Part shown: in pieces, positions 56,248-64,000 of the stretch
How positions within the stretch are numbered: position 1 is the first letter of the stretch
Layout of the letters: each line of letters begins with the position of its first letter
Source of the DNA: the human T2T-CHM13v2.0 reference genome, Homo sapiens
Reading direction: 5' to 3' (one strand)
DNA: 64,000 nucleotides
NCBI RefSeq assembly: GCF_009914755.1
Contig: NC_060928.1
Translations under genes and position numbers: made by a program
Notes under the pieces: model-generated
The model's database searches: none
What the model was told of the DNA's origin: nothing
Seen by the model: only the letters and a program-made list of their open reading frames with translations

Positions 56248-58365
56248 GTAACTGTGTGGTATAGTTTGATGTAGGGTAATATAATGCCTTCAGCCTAGTT
56301 CTTTTTGCTTAGAATTGCCTTGAATATTCAGGCTTTTTGTTTGTTTGTTTGTTTTGGTTCCATATGGACTTTAAAATAGCCTTTTCTAATTCTGTGAAGA
56401 ATGTCTTTGGTAGTTTGGTAAGAATAGCATAGAATCGGTAAACTGCTTTGGGCCATATGGCTATTTTAACAATATTGATTTTTCCTATCCATGAGCATGA
56501 AATGTTTTACGTTTTGTAATTCTCATTGTAGAGATCTTTCCCCTTCATGATTCACTGTGTTCCTAGGTATTTTATTTCTTTTGTGGCTACTGGGAATAGC
56601 ATTGTGTTCTTGATTTGGCTTTCAGCCTGGGTGTTGTTGGTGTATAGAAATGCAACTGACTTTTGCACATTAATATTTTATCTTAAAACTTTGCTGGAGT
56701 GGCTTATCAGATCAAAGAACTTTTGGGCTGATACTGTGGGGTTTTCTAGGTATAAAATCATATTATCTGAAAATAGAAATAGTTTGAATTTCTCTCCTCC
56801 TACTTGAATACTTTTTGTTTCTTTCTCTTGCCTAATTGCTCTGTCTAGGACTTCCAGGACTATGTTGAATAGGAGTGGTGACAGTGAGCATTCTTGTCAT
56901 ATTCTGGTTCTCAAGGAGAATGCTTCCAGCTTTTGACTATTCAGTATTATGTTGGCTGTGAGTTTGTCATAAATGGCTCTTAATATTTTGAAGTATGTTT
57001 CTTCAATGCCAGTTTTTGAGGGTTTTGAACTTGAAGAAATGTTGAATTTTATCTAAAGCTTTTTAGACATTTATTGAAATGATCATGTGGTTCTTGTTTT
57101 TAGTTGTGTTTATGTGATGAGTTACGTTATTGGTTTGTGTAGGTTAAACCAAACTTGATGCCAAGAAATAAAGCCTACTTGATCGTGATAGATTAGCTTT
57201 TTGATGTGTTGCTGTATTTGGTTTGCTAATATTTTGTTGAGAATTTTTGCATCTATGCTCATCAAGGATATTGGCCTGAAGTTTTCTTTATTATGTAGGT
57301 CTCTGACAGATTTTGGTACCACGATGATGCTGGCTTCAAAGAATGAGTTAGAAAGGATAGGGAGGAGTCTCTTCTCAATATTTTGGGAAAATTTCAGAAG
57401 GAATGGTACCAGCTCTTCTTCATATATATCTGGTAGAATGTTTCAGTTAATCCATCCGGTCCTGAGCTTTTTCTGGTTGGTAGGCTTTTTATTCCTGATT
57501 CAATTTTGGAAGCCATTATTGGTCTGTTCAGGGATTCAGTTTCTTCCTGGTTCAATCTTGGCAGGTTGTATGTTTCCAGGAATTTATCCATTTATTCTAG
57601 ATTTTCTAGCTTATGTTCATAAAGTTGTTTGTAGTTGTCTCTGAGGGTTTTTGTAATTCTGCACTGTCTGTGGTAACCTCCTTCTTGTCATTTCTGATTG
57701 TGTTTATTTGGGTCTTCTCTTCTTTTATATATTTGTCTAGCTAGCAGCCTATTTATCTAACTTACTCTTTCAAAAAACAAACTCATGGACTTGATCTTTT
57801 ATATGGTTTTTGTGTGTCCCAACGTCCTTCAGTTCAGCTCTGATTTTGGTTGTTTCTTGTCTTCCACTAGCTTTGGGGTTGGTTTGTTCTTGCTTCTCTA
57901 GTTCCACTAATTGTGATGTTAAGGTTGTTAATTTGAGATCTTTCTTCCTTTTCTATTTGGGCATGTAGTGTTTTACATGTCCCTCTCCATACTGCTTCAG
58001 CTGTGTCCTAGAGATTCTGGTTCTGTCGTATCTTTCTTGTCATTACTTTCTCTTGATTTCTGCCTTAATTTCTGTGTTTACCCAAAAGTCATTCAGGAGC
58101 AGGGAGCTTAATTTTCATGTAATTGTGTGGTTTTGAGAAATTTTGTTAGTATTGGTTTCTATTTTTTTTTCCACTGTGATCTGAGAGTGTGGTTGGTATG
58201 ATTTTGGTTTCTTTGAATTTGCTGAGGATTGTTTTATAGCTGATTGTGTGGTCGATTGTAGAGCACATACCATGGGGCAATAAGAAGAGTGTATATTCTG
58301 TTGTTTCAGGTGGAGAGTTCTGTAGATGTCTATTAGGTCTATATGGTCGAGTGTTGAGGTCAGAT

Positions 58366-58441
58366 CCTGAATCTTTGTTCAGTTTTCTCCCTGAATATCT
58401 TTGTTAGTTTTCTCCCTGAATATCTTTGTTAGTTTTCTCCC
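58366..58441. repeat. 25-bp tandem triplication inside the L1 ORF2 endonuclease region
   Basis: CCTGAATATCTTTGTTAGTTTTCTC x3 (first copy imperfect). Confidence 0.9.
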
Positions 58442-61400
58442 TAGATGATCTATCTAATACTGTCAGTGGATTGTTAAAATCTCCCACTATTATTGTGCAG
58501 TCATCTGAGTTTATTTGTAGATCTCTATGAACTTGTTTTAGGAATCTGGGTGGTCCTGTGTTGGGTGTATATATATTTAGGATAATTATGTCCTCTTCTT
58601 GAATTGAATACTTTACCATCATGTAATGCATTTCTCTGTCTTTTAGATAATTGTTGGCTTAAAGTTTGTTTTGTCTGAAATTAGAATGGCAACCCTGCTT
58701 TTTTCTGTTACCATTTGCTTGGTAGATTTTTCTCCATCGCTTTACTTTGTGCCTATGTGTGTCCTCGCACATGAATAGTTCTCTTGAACACAGCATAAAG
58801 TCGTGTTTTGCTTCTTTATCCAACCTGCCACTCTGTGCCTTTTAACTGGGGCATTTAAAAAGGTGTATTATTATCTTGAATACATTCAAGATAATATTAA
58901 TATATATGGATTTGATTCTGTCTTCAGCTTTTTAGGTGGTTATTATGCAGACTGTGGTTGCTTTATAGTGTCAATGGTCTATGTACATAAATGTGTTTTT
59001 TGTGGTGGCTGGTAACAGTTTTTCCCCTTCCATATTTTACATTCCCTGAAAACCTCTCATAAGGCAGGTCTTGTGCTAAAGAATTCCTTTAGCATTTTCT
59101 CATCTGAAAAAGATCTGATTTCTCCTTTATTTATGAAGCTTAGCTTGTCTGGACATGAAATTCTTGGTTGAAATTTAATTCATTTATGAATGCTGAATAT
59201 AGACCCCCAGTTTCTTCTGACTTATAGGGTTTCTGGTGAAAGGTCCACTGTTAACCTGGTGGAGTTTCCTTTGTAGATGACCTGCCCCTTCTCTCTAGCT
59301 GTCTTTAACGTTTTCTCTTTCCTTTTGAGCTTGGAGAACCTGATGACTACGAGTCTTCAGTATGATAATTTTGTATAGTATCTTGCAGGAGTTCTTTGCA
59401 TTTCCTGAATTTAAAAGTTGGCCTGTCTAGTGAGGTTGGGGAAATTTTCATGAACAATATCCTGAAATATGTTTTCCAAGTAGCTTGCTTTCTCTCTGTC
59501 TCTTTCAGGGATGTCAATGAGTGATAGAGTTGGTCTTTTTACCTAATCCTATATTTCTCAGAGGTTTTGGTCATTCTTTTTTAGTCTTTTTTTCTTTATT
59601 TTTGTGTAAGTTATTTCAGAGAACCAGTCTTAGATCTCTAAGATTCTTTCCTCAGCTTGATCTTGTATTCTGAAATTCATGAAGTGATTTTTTTTTTCCG
59701 CTCTATAAGATCGGTTCAATTCTTTCTTAAAATGGCCATTTCACCTTTCTTGTCCTGCATCATTTTATTGTATTCCTTAGAGACTTTGGATTGGGTTTTG
59801 GCATTCTCTGGAATCTCAATGATCTTTGTTTCTGTTCATATTCTGGATTCTATTTCTGTCATTTCAGCCTAGTTGAGAACCATCACTGGGAAACTAGGGT
59901 GGCCATTTGGAAGTAAGGAGATACTCTGGCTTTTTGAGTTGCCAGAGTTCTTGTGCTTGTTCTTTTTCATCTGTGTGGGTATATGTTCTTTCAGTCTTTT
60001 AAGTTGCTGTCTTTGGATTTTTTTTTTCTCTTATCTTCTTTGATACCTTTAGGAGGTTGATTGTTTTATAAGATGGGTTCAGTCAACTGGCTTCATTTAT
60101 GAAACATTTTAGGAGACCAAGTCTCAGCTCAACACCACTGGGATTCGTACTTCCATTGTGGGGAGTTGGTATCGGGCCACTAGCTTTGTTCTCTGGACCC
60201 TTGAGGTTAGGAACCTGATGCACTGGAGGGTCGAAGGTCTTTCTAGACTGCTGGACACAGCACACTGATGGGTGGTGCCAGGCAAAGCACTTCTTTGGAG
60301 TGGTGGCAGTGGGATCTGTGCTTGTTTATTTGTGCTAGAAGCAGTGGTGGTATAGCAAGGTGCATGTTCCTTGGCTAAGGTGGGGTCACAGTGGGAGTGG
60401 TGGTGTTGCACTCCTGCATGTGCTTACACTGGTGGTGGTGGTGGCAGGGGCAGGGCACTGGTAGACAAAGGACTGCTGGCTACCAAGCACATGTTTGCAC
60501 TGGCAAGGACAGCATAGGGTGGGGTGTGGAGTGCACTCACACTGCCTGCAGTGGTATGGCTGTGTGCGTGCACATACATACCTGCTAGTGGGGGATGGGG
60601 CTGAGGTTCACCTGCCTGCACATGTTGGTAAAGCAGTGGAGGAGTGGTCATGAGGAAGTGTGTGCCAGCAAAGCAGCGTTGGGGGGGCTGTGGTGTCAGG
60701 TGTAAGTGGGCTGGTGTGTATCAGCACAGGCTGCTCTGCTGGAGCTCTTTGGTGGTCAGGTGCAGTCTGCTGGCAAAGGAGCCGTGATAAGGGCCCCAGG
60801 AAGACCCTACTTGGGTATCTGAGGTTGCACTACAAGTGGGCAAGGCCAGGCTGGGGCCCCAGGAGAAGCTAGCAGATGTGGGAGTGCTCAGATTGGATTG
60901 GCCCTTTCCCAAGACTGCCTTACTCTGTCTACGTCCAACAGTCTCCCTAAAGCTACAGTCTCCTAGAGGAGCGTGGTTAGCCTTGGGGGATGACCCTTTG
61001 GGAAACAGCCTCCCTGGCCATTCTCCACTGCAGATGTTCTTGCACCAAATCCTCTGGGCTTTGCACAGGCTCAAGTATTGCTCCTACTAGCTCTCTAAAC
61101 AGCTCTCCTTGCCAGCTCAAGTGTCCATGGAGATCATGTGGTTTCCTGCTGCCAGAATCTCAGAGGTCTGTGGCAAGAGCAGGCTGCTCCTTACCAGTTC
61201 AGCTCACCCCTTCCCCAGGAGATACTGAAGGCCAGGAAAGAGTACCAGTGTGTGATAGCCCAGTGCAGGATCCCCAGCTTCCCCCCTTTGCCCTGGGTCT
61301 GTGTCCTCCTTCTGTCTACCCTCAGTGCCTTCCCTCCAAAGATCTGCTCAGAGTGTGCCAGTCTTCCCGATTTCTTGGTCTCTTGATGGCAGATGTTCCT

Positions 61401-61479
61401 CCTGGCTGCCTGTAGTCAGCCATCTTGAATCTCTAAATTTTCTTAAACTTTACAAATACTTTAAATATCAATTACTGCA

Positions 61480-61610
61480 CAGGAGGCTGAGGCATGAGAA
61501 TTGCTTCAACCTGGGAGGTGGAAGTTGCAGTGAGCCGACGTCATGCTACTGCACTCCAGCTGCAGTGACATAGCCAGACTCCATCTCAAATACATACATA
61601 CATACATACA

Positions 61611-61637
<27 letters not shown>
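61480..61637 (+). mobile_element. 5'-truncated Alu right arm with (TACA)n tail
   Basis: CAGGAGGCTGAGGCATGAGAATTGC...; TSD ATATCAATTACTGCA (61465-61479) / ATATCGATAACTGCA (61638-61652). Confidence 0.92.
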
Positions 61638-61641
<4 letters not shown>

Positions 61642-64000
61642 CGATAACTGCAAAAATTTCAATATTATGAGTATGATTTATGTAAACTTTGCTAAATTTA
61701 CTTTTTATATACCTGTATTCGATATGGATTATTCACTAAGAGAGCAATGGGTTTCAAAATCATCAGGGTTCCTATTTATACCAGCCAGGTTTTCAAGACC
61801 AGCCTACGTTTTATTCAGAACTGTGATTAGTTTCTTGTCTGTTACCATGACGGGCACAGAAAGGCTTTCTTATAGATTTTATGTCAATGACTCTTTAAAA
61901 CAACATCAAAAAATAAATAAATAAAAAGAACACACAAAAAAATGGTTGCATAACCCTTGTCTCTATATTATACTCAAAGATATTTACGATTTCTTAATCA
62001 AGTTATTAAAAAACTTGAATATATTTTTACATTTTTTACTCAATATGTATAAATATATTCTGTCATATTAGATGCTAAGATGAAAACTAATTATTATTGT
62101 TGTTTAAGATTTTATGACTACAGGATCACAATTTCCAAAGTCATTTAAATTACTGTACTTACTCATTTTGTTTTTGTTTTTCTTGTGTTCAATCCTAGAA
62201 CACTGGCATTCATTTTATTAGTTTATGATATCCTTCATAATAACAAAGAAACGACACCCTAATAGGAAATCAAAAAAGCTTGAATTCTAGTTCTGTCACT
62301 CAGTGGGAATTTAGGCAGGCAAAATGTCTTGATAAAACTGTTTCATCACCTGGAATATCAAGTTATACTTAAGTCTGATTTGACATGAGGTCTTATGTAG
62401 AAAAGGAATTTGTATACAACAAAAATGTCTTACATACATGTAAAGTTTGTTTATTCTTTTTAGTTAACATTTCTTCAGTCTGAGACATATGGATCATTTA
62501 TCAAGTCTGATCATTAATTCCCAGATTACTAATGACATTTTAGTTTACTTTCACAAGATTATATAATCTGAATTAACTTTAAATCATGTTTCACAGTGGG
62601 AAATCTGACATATACAGAGTAAACTTTATTCCAATGAAGTGAATACACGTATTTTTAAAGGTTGTTTTCCAGTATGCTAGAAATATGTTCTTAGATCCTT
62701 TAACCAGATGCTACATTAATCATTCCTATTAAATCAGTTGCCTATTGGTATGCTTTGTGACTCGTTATCACACTAAAGAAAGTATGCCATGTTTATGATG
62801 ATGAATATTTCAGTAATAAAGATTGGTTTTCTTGGTCACTGTCATTGAAAAGACGAATAACTCTAGCTGCTTAGACCCTGAAAGAATTAGAAAATTCTAG
62901 CAAAATTATCTATTTAAAAAGCTTGCAGATAGAAATACAAATGTCCTTATCTTGAAATGAGTAACATATCTAGGATTATTTTCATCTGCCAATTCTGGGA
63001 TGTGTACTGTCTTAATGGCTTCCTAATGCCCTAAATATTTTTCTTCTTCTACTTATTTACTCATTAATGCATCTGTTTTTTTGTCCTGAGACATATTTTC
63101 TTCCAAATATTAGTGATTTTTATTTTTCCTAATATCTTCTTAATAGTAAAATAAAAAAAATAGTACATTGATGATTATGTACATGAGGGTAAACTAGGCC
63201 ATCTCAAAAGTGAGGTGGAATGAAGGTGAGATTTGATTAAGCACTGCATTCATGGCTCAGCCAGGCATTTTCCACATTTTTGTGTGTTCTGACCTGGAGA
63301 AATACTTTCTTTTTATTTTTCCAAGCTTTTTTAACCATTGCTTTTAATCATGAAACAAGCCAGACTGCGGATTGTTTCACATTATTCACAGGTTCCCCAT
63401 CAAAACAAAAATAATTCAATAAATAGGAGGATAATTCTGATAGCATCATGCAAACTATCCATCAGGAGGACACTGGGTCAGTGTGTTCTTATGCAAAAAG
63501 AAACTATACATCTTAATTTTTATTGACTTGACAAATAAAGGGCTACTCTATGGTAGGCAGTACATAGCATCAATTGAAATCCAGAAGTGTGCTCAGCATA
63601 TAGTTGTAATCCACTAAATATAGCTTGAATGAATTAAGGTACACTAGAAGGAAAAGGAAAAAAAGGATGGCAAAGAATGAAAAGTTTGACAAGAGTGGGC
63701 ACAGTACTAACTGATGCATTGGGGGTATTTGGGTTGTTGAAGAGTGTACACTTTGATGTAGGAAACTAGCTTATAAATAAATAATTAAATACAAATTTAT
63801 CAGATTTGAAAGTATTTTTTGTTGCCAGTTTATATGAATTCTTGCATTGGGCTGTTTTATTTACTGACATTTTAATGTGGTACATAGTTAACAGAAGGAA
63901 TATTGAAAAATCTGATGCAATATATTACTGTTTTCTTATCTTATTTTGACTATATCTCAAAATATTTTTAGTTTTAGTTAGCAGAGTAATGTGGTCCACG

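Larger units (their letters stand above)
49829..61432 (-). mobile_element. End-to-end old L1PA/L1PB-age element (5'UTR ~60100-61432, degenerate ORF1/ORF2, internally deleted), interrupted by HERV-H
   Basis: 5' end reads GATTCAAGATGGCTGACTACAGGC (YY1-type CAAGATGGC); ORF2 peptides ILNIYTPNTG/IIVGDFN (58404-58631), [40 protein letters not shown]; TSD CTAAATT(C/T)TCTT at 49817-49828 and 61433-61444. Confidence 0.88.

Noticed and set aside
60083-61415. Multiple ORFs up to 141 aa
   Set aside because: Fall in the GC-rich 5'UTR of the old L1; no recognisable protein similarity

Overview
This is not microbial DNA. It is an AT-rich, repeat-dense primate (very likely human) intronic/intergenic window with no credible host protein-coding exon, rRNA, tRNA or CRISPR array. 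Almost all ORFs in the track are artefacts of Alu, L1, LTR or simple-repeat sequence. The main structured element is a 5,615-bp two-LTR HERV-H provirus (50633-56247, minus strand). It has a 5-bp TSD, a tRNA-His PBS, a PPT, an intact leader splice donor and degenerate gag/pro/partial RT, and it sits inside an old end-to-end L1PA-type element that still has its own TSD. Also present are a twin-primed (5'-inverted) L1, an AluY nested in an AluS, several solo LTRs (MER48-in-MER50, MER52, MER4, MER34, THE1, MLT1/MLT2), a MADE1 mini-element and a ~1.07-kb multi-domain purine/pyrimidine-alternating VNTR. Two candidate plus-strand lncRNA 3' exons with a poly(A) signal lie at ~12.2-13.0 kb, and there are several small local duplications, including a triplicated palindromic SOX-type motif. 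Repeat subfamily names come from recalled consensus sequences and need RepeatMasker/Dfam confirmation. I found no evidence of a new protein-coding system; the best leads are regulatory or non-coding.
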